Assembly: GCA_964600775.1 (NCBI GenBank)
Contig: CAZRKJ010000010.1
Span: 1 to 21,160 of the forward strand
DNA length: 21,160 nt
Source: an uncultured Acholeplasma sp.
GTDB taxonomy: Bacteria; Bacillota_I; Bacilli_A; Acholeplasmatales; Acholeplasmataceae
Direction of reading: 5' to 3'
Under the pieces are notes generated by a model. That model saw nothing but the letters and a program-made list of their open reading frames with translations, was not told where the DNA came from and did not search any database. Shown here in pieces: positions 7,577-15,093 of this stretch. The translations under genes were made by a program, and so were the position numbers. How positions within the stretch are numbered: position 1 is the first letter of the stretch; each line of letters opens with the position of its first letter.

Positions 7577-9022
7577 TTAACCTGCTATTTCTGATTGCCA
7601 AGTAGCCCAGTTTGATTGAATATGTTGATAACTACTTACAAATATACCACGTACATCATAGGTATTATCAACCAACCAAGCTTCTGGGTTTATTAGGTAA
7701 TCACGTGTATTGTAATGATTAAATAATGTTGCATAATATTGAAGATTTTGTGGTGGCCATTCTAGCCCAACTTTACCTTCAAGGATCATTAATGAGTTAC
7801 TATATAAGTTAAATTTTTGACTATTTCTGTTAATTTCAAGAATTGATTTAGAAAATTCTGAAAGATTTTCCTCATCAAGTTCTACTGTGTCATAGTTCAT
7901 TGCAAGTAGTACACCATTGGTTTTTTCTGTAAATGTTGCAATACTTGAATCTTTTGCTAAGAATAATAAGAATTGTTTTGCTAATTCTTTATTCGGTGCA
8001 CGTTTTGGAATAATGATTGAATCTCCTGCACCTACTGTATAGTTCACACGAATTGGATTGCCTTCTGTATCGGTTTTAGCATTCGCCATAAATGGTGCTG
8101 GCATCATACGCATTTCCATAATTTCAGGGTTAATATTAGCAATCATTTCACTTTCAAGCCACTGTGCATTAGGAATCATTGCAGCATAACCATTTAAAAA
8201 GTCCATTTGAGCAGCCATATATTGTTTACCAACCGAATCCTCCACAGAGTGTAATGGCTTTTTAGCAATCAAATTTGTCCACGCTTCTAAAGCTTGATAA
8301 TGACCTGGGTGTAGATCTGGGTTAAATACATCCGTTGAACCAAGTGCAGTGTATGTTTCAAAGAAGCCTGTTCCATTTATTTGAGCCCACCAGTCAAAAA
8401 CTAAGTAATCCCAGTAATAAGTTTCTTGACTCCATACAAAGGGTTTAATAGTTGCTGCATTGGGTTTCATATCATTTGGATCAACTTTAATGTTTGCATT
8501 ATAAATTGTATCCGCTAAAGTTACCAATTCTTCATAAGTTTCAGGAACTTCCCATCCGTTATCTCTAAACATTTTTGCATTATATACTATACCACCAACT
8601 CCATTAGTCCATGGTAACTTATAATATGTATCGTTAAATGATGCTGTTTCTAATAAACTTTGATCAATTTTATCTATTAGTTTAATACCATTTTCTACTT
8701 CTTGCTGCATTAAATCATTTAGCGGTTCAATGTGTCCTTGAACAGCTAAAAATTCCCAGTTAATACCATGGGAGAAGAATATATCATCAGGTGAACCATT
8801 TTGTAATCTATTTGGAATATCTGATGCCAAATCAGGATTTGCTTCGATTGTAACCGTAACACCTGGATTTTCGGCTTCAAATTGTCTGGCAAGTGTATTA
8901 ATCCAAACTTGCCCATACCCGCCTAAATATACAGATATTTTTAAACTATTTGGGTCATTTGTAGTACATGAAGCAAGTACAAATGCACCAAATGCTAATA
9001 ATGTGAGAAATATTTTTTTCAT
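7577..9022 (-). CDS. Extracellular solute-binding lipoprotein of a carbohydrate ABC transporter (family 1 SBP)
   Basis: The likely true start is ATG at 9022. A GAGGTGA SD lies 5 nt upstream. The product begins MKKIFLTLLAFGAFVLASC|TTNDP (lipobox LASC). The ORF-track start at 9031 is an upstream in-frame GTG. The size (~480 aa) and W/Y-rich sequence are typical of sugar SBPs. Confidence 0.8.
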   Translation of the reverse strand: MKKIFLTLLAFGAFVLASCTTNDPNSLKISVYLGGYGQVWINTLARQFEAENPGVTVTIEANPDLASDIPNRLQNGSPDDIFFSHGINWEFLAVQGHIEPLNDLMQQEVENGIKLIDKIDQSLLETASFNDTYYKLPWTNGVGGIVYNAKMFRDNGWEVPETYEELVTLADTIYNANIKVDPNDMKPNAATIKPFVWSQETYYWDYLVFDWWAQINGTGFFETYTALGSTDVFNPDLHPGHYQALEAWTNLIAKKPLHSVEDSVGKQYMAAQMDFLNGYAAMIPNAQWLESEMIANINPEIMEMRMMPAPFMANAKTDTEGNPIRVNYTVGAGDSIIIPKRAPNKELAKQFLLFLAKDSSIATFTEKTNGVLLAMNYDTVELDEENLSEFSKSILEINRNSQKFNLYSNSLMILEGKVGLEWPPQNLQYYATLFNHYNTRDYLINPEAWLVDNTYDVRGIFVSSYQHIQSNWATWQSEIAG

Positions 9023-9059
9023 AACTTTCACCTCTTATAAGTTAATTTAGTTTACTTTA

Positions 9060-9095
9060 TCTAAAGTATATCACAGTGTGAAATCGTTTACAAGC
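9060..9095 (-). promoter_or_regulatory. Candidate sigma-A promoter of the ABC-transporter operon (-35 TTGTAA, 17-nt spacer, extended -10 TGaTATACT on the minus strand). A cre-like palindrome TGAAATCGTTTACA at 9079..9092 overlaps it.
   Basis: Read on the minus strand: TTGTAAacgatttcacactgtgaTATACT, about 35 nt upstream of the SD. The cre-like element matches the Firmicutes consensus WTGNAANCGNWNNCW at 14 of 15 positions. Confidence 0.4.
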
Positions 9096-9289
9096 ATTTT
9101 AATGATTTTATTTAGTTATCTTAATTTACTTATCTGATGATCAAAAAAAATCAATAAAATGACCATGTTTTTATCGGTTTTTTTATATTTTTTTACGCTT
9201 ATAAATATCCTTCATATCAGAAGTTATTATTTTTCTTGTATTAATTATCATTATCTATGTTTTAATTCTGTTAATCTTAATCCAAATTA

Positions 9290-9347
9290 AAAACACCTTA
9301 CCAATAATCGATAGATTTGTCATCTATGTTTTACGTTAAGGTGTTTT
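9290..9347 (-). terminator. Candidate terminator structure downstream of the flotillin gene
   Basis: 11-bp inverted repeat AAAACACCTTA ... TAAGGTGTTTT. The 36-nt loop itself holds a small hairpin ATAGAT-ttgtc-ATCTAT. A U-rich stretch follows on the minus strand. The structure starts 8 nt after the flotillin stop. Confidence 0.4.
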
Positions 9348-9355
9348 AGTTTAAA

Positions 9356-10789
9356 TTACTTACTTGATTTTGGTTTTAAATCTTCTTTTGGTTCACTTGA
9401 CTTCTTAGTTAATTTACCAGATGCATAACCTGCTAAGAGTGAGGTTAGATCAATACCTGTTGCCTCTTGAACTGAGGATAGTATTTGTGTCGATGAGTTT
9501 ACGATATCTCCAACCAATTTGGTTGAATTGCCATCACCGTACATTGTGATCTTATCTACTTGTGATAATGGTTGAGCAGCTGCACCTACAATTTTTGGTA
9601 AAACTTCAGAATCTAATATAAGTTCTAAGACTGCTGCTTCTTCCATTAATTTCATTGCTAATGCTTTTTTCTCAATAGCTTCTGCTTCTGCAAGACCAAC
9701 GGCTTGTATACCTTTAGCGCGTTCTTCTTCAGCAAAACGTTGTGCCTCAGCAGCCACCTTAATTGCTTCTGCCTTTTTAGCTTCTTCAATATATTTAGCT
9801 TCTGCATCTTTAGAACGTGTAAATAGATCGGCTTGGGCTTTTTGTTCTGCCGCATAACGTTTTGCATCTGCATCTTTTCTAACAACAGCATCCAAACGTT
9901 TTTCTTCAACTTCAATTTCTTTTTGTTTTAATTCAATTTCTTTTGAGCGTTTTGCAATCTCTGCCTCTTGGATTGCAATATTAACACTCTTAGATTCGTT
10001 TGCACTTTGAATTTGGTATGCTGCATCAGCAACAGCCTTTTGTGTATCTGACTTTTGTTTTAAGGATGCTTGACGTAGTTCTAAATCCGTATTTTGTTCT
10101 GCAATTTTTAATTCAGCAGTAATTCTTGCAAGGTTGGCAGACTCTTTAGCTATAGCTGTTGCAATCTCTACATCTTTTTCAGAGTTTGCACGTGCAATTG
10201 AGGCATCTTTTCTAATTTGAGTGACATTATCAACCCCAAGGTCCTCGATTACACCGTTTTTATCACTAAAGTTTTGAATCGTAATGTTAATAATCTCTAA
10301 GCCCATGCGATTCATATCTTTCATTGCAGAGTTATAGACTTGTTCAGCAAACTTTTCTCTATTCTGTACAAGTTCTTTTAACTTCATTTGACCAATGATT
10401 TCACGCATGTTACCTTCAAGTATTTCTTTTGTAACTACACGAATACCTTCTAAGTCACGTGACAGTAATATTTGTCCAGCTAGACGAATAGAATCTTCAT
10501 CTGTCATAATACGTATATTTGCAACCCCATCTACAAATATATTAATAAACTCATTTGTTGGTACCGCAGAATCTGTTTTAATATCTGTTTGAATTAAAGA
10601 CAGCGGTATCGTATCGATTCTTTCTAAGAATGGGATACGTAATGTACCTTTACCAATAATGACCCTAGATTTTCTAGGACCTGTAATAATGAATGCTTGG
10701 TCTGGTTTTACCTTTACATAGGATGCAGCAAAAAGTGCAATCAATAAGACTGCAATAATACCAACAACCAGCATAATCTGCTCTATCAT
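9356..10789 (-). CDS. Flotillin-like SPFH/band-7 domain protein (FloT/YuaG-like)
   Basis: 477 aa. It has an N-terminal TM helix (MIEQIMLVVGIIAVLLIALFAASY) and an SPFH domain. A long Ala/Glu/Lys-rich coiled-coil flotillin region follows (...EAEIAKRSKEIELKQKEIEVEEKRLDAVVRKDADAKRYAAEQKAQ...). There is a good SD (AAGAGG). No NfeD-like partner gene is adjacent. Confidence 0.8.
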   Translation of the reverse strand: MIEQIMLVVGIIAVLLIALFAASYVKVKPDQAFIITGPRKSRVIIGKGTLRIPFLERIDTIPLSLIQTDIKTDSAVPTNEFINIFVDGVANIRIMTDEDSIRLAGQILLSRDLEGIRVVTKEILEGNMREIIGQMKLKELVQNREKFAEQVYNSAMKDMNRMGLEIINITIQNFSDKNGVIEDLGVDNVTQIRKDASIARANSEKDVEIATAIAKESANLARITAELKIAEQNTDLELRQASLKQKSDTQKAVADAAYQIQSANESKSVNIAIQEAEIAKRSKEIELKQKEIEVEEKRLDAVVRKDADAKRYAAEQKAQADLFTRSKDAEAKYIEEAKKAEAIKVAAEAQRFAEEERAKGIQAVGLAEAEAIEKKALAMKLMEEAAVLELILDSEVLPKIVGAAAQPLSQVDKITMYGDGNSTKLVGDIVNSSTQILSSVQEATGIDLTSLLAGYASGKLTKKSSEPKEDLKPKSSK

Positions 10790-10932
10790 ATTTACTTAAC
10801 CTCTTTCGATTTTTCGTTTTATTTTATTATACCTTAAATATTTTTATTATGCCGTTTTTATAATAATATTTGCATCCATTTTAGTATTTATTAGTTTCAT
10901 AAATTTCTAAGTTATAGTTATGAGATTTGCAT

Positions 10933-10989
10933 ATAACCTTTTATGTACATTAGGCGTTTTACAATAACATGTTAAACACCTAATGTACA
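10933..10989. promoter_or_regulatory. Inverted repeat ATGTACATTAGG ... CCTAATGTACA with a 33-nt spacer, in the flotillin upstream region
   Basis: 11-bp perfect arms. It lies ~145 to 200 nt upstream of the flotillin ATG. A perfect -10 (TATAAT on the minus strand = plus 10826..10831) lies between the repeat and the gene. Confidence 0.3.
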
Positions 10990-11168
10990 ACGTAACAAGG
11001 TGCACTTATCCCCTAATGCATATTTTCATGCAACCCAGCTCTTATTTAATCATTGCTTCACATGATTAAACAGGGCATATCTGTCCTAATTGTCACTTTA
11101 TATTAATAAACTACCAACATGCAATATGTTGATAGTTTAGTATTATGTGTTTAATTTTGAATAATTGA

Positions 11169-11333
11169 CTAACTTTGAATTGGTTCATTAAAGTAATACA
11201 TTAAGTATTCCAATACTTTTTCAAGTGGTATAGCATAACCAATGGCATTTAAGTCAAATGCACCATCCTTTATACCTGCATAATTGATACCAATAATTTC
11301 AAATGATGTATTTAATATGACACCACCTTCCAT
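11169..11333 (-). pseudogene. Remnant of a trypsin-like (HtrA/DegP family, S1C) serine protease gene. Only the C-terminal end of the protease domain survives (54 codons).
   Basis: The minus strand translates to MEGGVILNTSFEIIGINYAGIKDGAFDLNAIGYAIPLEKVLEYLMYYFNEPIQS*. The HtrA consensus near the catalytic Ser is GNSGGPLvNldGEvIGINtAi......GiGFAIP. This fragment matches GG.L.N..E.IGIN.A and IGYAIP. No upstream coding continuation exists in any frame. The fragment lies within a 728-bp non-coding stretch. Confidence 0.45.
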
Positions 11334-11474
11334 ATATTATACAAATATATGTGCTTAATTATTGGTAAATAATTTAATAATCAATAAATAGGGTAATTTT
11401 TTTACTTAAAAATAATGTGGATTGATTATATCATAGATATAAGATGCACATGTTATATAGACGCATAAACTATA

Positions 11475-11494
11475 GGCAGCCAATATTGGCTGCC
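11475..11494 (-). terminator. Perfect 20-bp palindrome GGCAGCCA-ATAT-TGGCTGCC, 23 nt downstream of the lipoprotein gene stop. Likely a transcription terminator hairpin; it could work in both directions.
   Basis: 8-bp GC-rich stem with a 4-nt loop. The flanking sequence is AT-rich but not a clean U-tract. Confidence 0.45.
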
Positions 11495-11517
11495 TAAATT
11501 ATGTAAAATATTTAGAT

Positions 11518-12795
11518 TTAAAGTTCAAAACTTGGTGTTTTATCCATTTTTAAATCATTATCTACAAAATCATAGAATAAATCGAAGTTTTCAATATTAG
11601 AAAAATTGATGAAATCATATTTTGCTAAATCAGCACTATCTTGGTGGATATTTGCCATCACACTTTCAATATAGTCTATTGTAATCTCTGGATGATTAAA
11701 GTCCATATCATAATGATTTAAATTTAGATGTGCTTGGGTTAGGTTTTCTTTGGCCAAATCAATTGTAACTCCTACATTTGCAAACCCATAATCTAAATTT
11801 AAATCGACATTAAACTGTCTATAGTCATGGTTTGTAAATAACATATAGTTATCTACATATACACCTTCATTTCGGTGTGCATTACTATCTAAATATGCAT
11901 GGTCCCACCCGGATGCTTCAAGCAACTGGAACCTTAAGGCAATCATACCATCACCTGAGTCAGAATACGAAAAGATAGATGTCTTATCATTAAATAGTTC
12001 AAAGTGTCTTGTTGATTCATAACCATCACCAACAACCGCACTGATATTGGTTTCAGGGTTATACCAAGATATGACACGTCCATCTGGTCCATAGTTATTT
12101 GGTGTATAGGATATGTCAAAATGTTCATTGTTTACCTGACTAACATATTGATAACGGTATTGCGCGTTATCACTATATGTAACTGTAATCATATTACTAT
12201 CTTCTAAAAATTCAAAATAAGTAAAATTCTTATCTACTTCATAAACCTTTAACTCTTTTAAGTAGAATAAATCATCCTTATAACCCATTTTTATACCGTA
12301 TTGCACTTCGGTATCATTAAATATACCTTGTGCAGTGTATCTAAGGGTTATACCACCGTCTTTAGATAAATAAACAAATGCTTCTATTTGTAGTATACCT
12401 TGAAAGGTAATATAAACATTGGCAGAAATTGCTTCATCATCAATAGCTTCCATTTGTAGTAAAACTTCATCTAACTTATCTTTATAGTGTGTTAAATACT
12501 CACTTAAGACAACATCATTGGTGTTGTTACGCATGTTATCATATACTGTTTGATATGCTGATCTTGGCAGCATATCATCAGGGTTATATGGTGTATTATT
12601 ATAAAACCTTGTAGGTATGGCCTCATCATTGGTACTTGGTACTTCAAGGACGGATGTTAACTTACTATGATAGGTTGTTACACCTTCTTTAAGGGTTTTA
12701 GGTAACTCAATTGTTGGTGCATTATTTGTAGGCGTACATGCTAACAACATAAAACTTATGATTAACATCATTGTTATGACAATTGTTTTTTTCAT
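11518..12795 (-). CDS. Hypothetical lipoprotein (425 aa), no recognisable domain
   Basis: Starts MKKTIVITMMLIISFMLLAC|TPTNN (lipobox LLAC). The composition is Y/N/D-rich. It is the last gene of the minus-strand cluster and is followed by the palindromic terminator. Confidence 0.7.
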   Translation of the reverse strand: MKKTIVITMMLIISFMLLACTPTNNAPTIELPKTLKEGVTTYHSKLTSVLEVPSTNDEAIPTRFYNNTPYNPDDMLPRSAYQTVYDNMRNNTNDVVLSEYLTHYKDKLDEVLLQMEAIDDEAISANVYITFQGILQIEAFVYLSKDGGITLRYTAQGIFNDTEVQYGIKMGYKDDLFYLKELKVYEVDKNFTYFEFLEDSNMITVTYSDNAQYRYQYVSQVNNEHFDISYTPNNYGPDGRVISWYNPETNISAVVGDGYESTRHFELFNDKTSIFSYSDSGDGMIALRFQLLEASGWDHAYLDSNAHRNEGVYVDNYMLFTNHDYRQFNVDLNLDYGFANVGVTIDLAKENLTQAHLNLNHYDMDFNHPEITIDYIESVMANIHQDSADLAKYDFINFSNIENFDLFYDFVDNDLKMDKTPSFEL

Positions 12796-12829
12796 ATAGA
12801 TTATTCCCTATTTTTTCTTTTATTTAAAA

Positions 12830-13084
12830 CTATTTATCATTCGACTTCATTGCATCAACAACTTTGTTGATTTTATCCTTAACCTTATGAATACCCTTAT
12901 TAATATCTTCATTCATTTTATGTCCTGGATTACGTTTGAATACTAATATCACACTATATTTATGTGTAGATATGCCACTATGAAAATTCCAGCCCAGCTT
13001 TTCTTGTTCATTGATCATATCACTGACCATTTTTGCACGTAATTGGATATCTTTGATCTTTTCAATTATTTCTGTTTTAAACAT
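12830..13084 (-). CDS. Small cytoplasmic protein (84 aa), DUF4177-like
   Basis: Strong SD (AAGAGGATAAACT-ATG). The segment EQEKLGWNFHSGISTHKYSVILVFKR resembles the DUF4177 core (..GWELVSV......IVAIFKR). The assignment is tentative. Confidence 0.5.
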   Translation of the reverse strand: MFKTEIIEKIKDIQLRAKMVSDMINEQEKLGWNFHSGISTHKYSVILVFKRNPGHKMNEDINKGIHKVKDKINKVVDAMKSNDK

Positions 13085-13138
13085 AGTTTATCCTCTTTCT
13101 TATCGTTAGCTTTACTTATATTATAACACCAAACAAAA

Positions 13139-13173
13139 AGACAACAATTTTTCAAAAGAAAATATTGTTGTCT
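13139..13173 (-). terminator. Rho-independent terminator downstream of the SHOCT protein gene
   Basis: The stem is AGACAACAAT / ATTGTTGTCT (10 bp) with a 15-nt loop. On the minus strand CTTTTTGTTTGG follows it. It lies 15 nt after the stop at 13188. Confidence 0.55.
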
Positions 13174-13187
13174 CATATTACTTATAA

Positions 13188-13508
13188 TTACTCAATACCT
13201 AATATTTTATTTCTACTTTTATCATATTCATTGCGTGAAATGACACCACGCTCTAATAAATCCTCTAGTTTAAGTAACTCATTTTCAATTGATCGAGTTG
13301 AACTAGCATCAGCAGTTGAAGGACTATTTTGAGCCTTCATCAAGCCATTAACACTTACTAAAATACTAATAAGGTAAAGTATGCCTGAAACCCACCAAAA
13401 TGGTATGGTTGGTATTAAAAATAACATTAAAACTGATCCAATGATACTTACAATTAATGCAGGTTTCCATTTTTTCATAAAGATTAAAACGATTGCTACG
13501 ATATCCAT
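13188..13508 (-). CDS. Small membrane protein with a C-terminal SHOCT domain
   Basis: 106 aa. It has two predicted TM helices (IVAIVLIFMKKWKPALIVSIIGSVLMLFLIPTIPFWWVSGILYLISILV). The C-terminus ELLKLEDLLERGVISRNEYDKSRNKIL fits the SHOCT motif (PF09851). SD is AAAGGGGAAAT. Confidence 0.7.
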   Translation of the reverse strand: MDIVAIVLIFMKKWKPALIVSIIGSVLMLFLIPTIPFWWVSGILYLISILVSVNGLMKAQNSPSTADASSTRSIENELLKLEDLLERGVISRNEYDKSRNKILGIE

Positions 13509-13532
13509 TTTTTATTTCCCCTTTGTTTTTTT

Positions 13533-13919
13533 TTATTTTATAACATCAATAATAGGTATGTCAGCTGCTGCAAAATCATAGTCTTTCATTTCGCTTTTAG
13601 TCAAAAATTTAAAGTCTATATGTTCTGTAGGTCTAAATTCACCACTAACATGATGCACCATATACACATGTAACTTAATTAAAAATGTGTCATATTCATG
13701 AAATACTGTTAAGAGCGGGTTTAATACTTGTACCTTGATCCCAAATTCTTCATCCAACTCCCTTACCAAAGCAACTTCATGTGTTTCACCGGTTTCAATC
13801 TTACCCCCAGGAAACTCCCATTTAAATGCCAGATCTCCTTTAGCACCTCTTTTTGCTACAAAGTATGTATGACCTTTTTTTATAACTGCTGCAACAACTT
13901 CTACTTGCTTTTTTTTCAT
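13533..13919 (-). CDS. NUDIX hydrolase (MutT/NudG-like nucleoside di/triphosphate pyrophosphohydrolase)
   Basis: 128 aa. The Nudix box is GGKIETGETHEVALVRELDEEFG, matching GX5EX7REUXEEXGU. SD is AAAGGAAAG. Confidence 0.85.
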   Translation of the reverse strand: MKKKQVEVVAAVIKKGHTYFVAKRGAKGDLAFKWEFPGGKIETGETHEVALVRELDEEFGIKVQVLNPLLTVFHEYDTFLIKLHVYMVHHVSGEFRPTEHIDFKFLTKSEMKDYDFAAADIPIIDVIK

Positions 13920-13934
13920 TGAACTTTCCTTTAA

Positions 13935-15076
13935 CTAGATACCTAGATAATCATAAACGTTTTTAACAGTATCAATTTCACTATCATTTGAAACTGATTT
14001 TAATCGCATTTTTGTGTTCTTGATTTTAAAAAGTTGTTTAAATATTCTAACAAACCATGCCCATGGTAATAACCATGCATGTTTCTTTAAATATGGATAG
14101 GCTTCTAATAAACGTTTGCGACTAGGAAAAACTTCACCTAAAAAATATCTAAACCTAGACTTTTTTAGTCTTGTTTGTTCAAATGTTCTTTTGGTAATAT
14201 ATGGATCATGTTTTGTACCTGAACCGTGAATACCACTTTGCATAATGTAAGCCATAATGTCAAAATCTTCTCTATTTGGCTCAACTTGATTTAGAAATAT
14301 TTTGTTTAGATGCATAACTTTTTGATTAAAGACATCTAGTTTATATGTCTTTAAGTAGCCATCTAAGATATCTTTATCCATGATGTCATCATAATGATTA
14401 TAATACACCCACATATCTAATAAACTTCTAATACCTACACCAGAGGTCCTTATATGGCGTATTAAATGTGTTAACAAATAGACATACTCAAATTCTGGTT
14501 TTAGTTTATGTGTAAAGCCAAAATCTAAATAGACATTTTCCCATAACTGACTTAGGAGTACTTCATTTTCATATTCATTACTTGATGTAATACTTTGATG
14601 TAGCTCAATATAATTACCATCTATAGTTTCAAAGACATGATGGTGTGATGTTGCTGATTTAAATGTATACCCTGCATCTATTAGATTTTTTTTGCTTTAT
14701 CAAAATCTAATTTAGGTACAACACAGTCAATATCACCCATACCCCGCATATAAGTTTCTGGATATAATTGTTTTAAGTGTGAACCCTTTAAAAATACATG
14801 CTTTATTTCATGCTGATTAAAAAGTTTTTTTATGTCTTCAATAATTGCTTGTTGCTGGATATCTTTAGATACAAAAGAACCAAATGCTTGCGTAAGCATT
14901 TGATAATATTTTTGCATTTTAAAAGTAGACTGATTAATTGACTGATATACCAATCCGACTAAACCATTTTCAAATATAATTTTTGTTAGTGAAAGTTCAT
15001 CTAAGGTTTCGAATTGAAACCTTTCTTGCTTAAAACTTTTTTCTATCAATTGAAATAAAATCAGATTATTATTCAA
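13935..15076 (-). pseudogene. Nucleotidyltransferase-family protein (PF14907 / NTP_transf_5-like) split by a frameshift. The N-terminal ORF is 14681..15076 and the C-terminal ORF is 13935..14477. A +1A change (or -2A) in the A8 tract fuses them into a single ~383-aa ORF.
   Basis: The N-terminal part carries the Pol-beta-fold motif HVFLKGSHLKQLYPETYMRGMGDIDCVV. I checked the frames by hand. The upstream frame ends ...FDKAKKI*. The downstream frame is open from the codon right after a TAA at 14697..14699. It reads SKKNLIDAGYTFKSATSHHHVFETIDGNYIELHQ...LTHLIRHIRTSGVGIRSLLDMWVYYNH... into the second ORF. With 9 A's the junction would read ..DKAKKNLIDAG.. Confidence 0.7.
14686..14693 (-). repeat. 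Homopolymeric tract, A8 on the coding strand (T8 on plus), at the frameshift site of the nucleotidyltransferase gene
   Basis: Direct read of gattttttttgc at 14684..14695. Confidence 0.9.
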
Positions 15077-15093
15077 AATACTCTTACATCCTT

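Noticed and set aside
7577-7601. Apparent 25-nt overlap between the solute-binding-protein gene and the first permease gene
   Set aside because: It is an artefact of taking the most upstream TTG as the start. An in-frame GTG at 7571 with a weak SD lies just after the SBP stop and removes the overlap.
9023-9031. N-terminal 'MKV' extension of the SBP ORF
   Set aside because: It comes from an upstream in-frame GTG. The ATG at 9022 has a strong GAGGTGA SD at ideal spacing and begins a canonical lipoprotein signal peptide.
9658-9915. K-rich 85-aa minus-strand ORF
   Set aside because: It is an alternative frame inside the flotillin coiled-coil region, where GAA/AAA-rich DNA gives open frames by chance.
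10790-11517. Mobile element or insertion sequence in the long non-coding region
   Set aside because: There is no transposase or integrase ORF in any frame. The inverted repeats present (10933..10989, 11475..11494) do not flank a coding cargo and have no target-site duplication.
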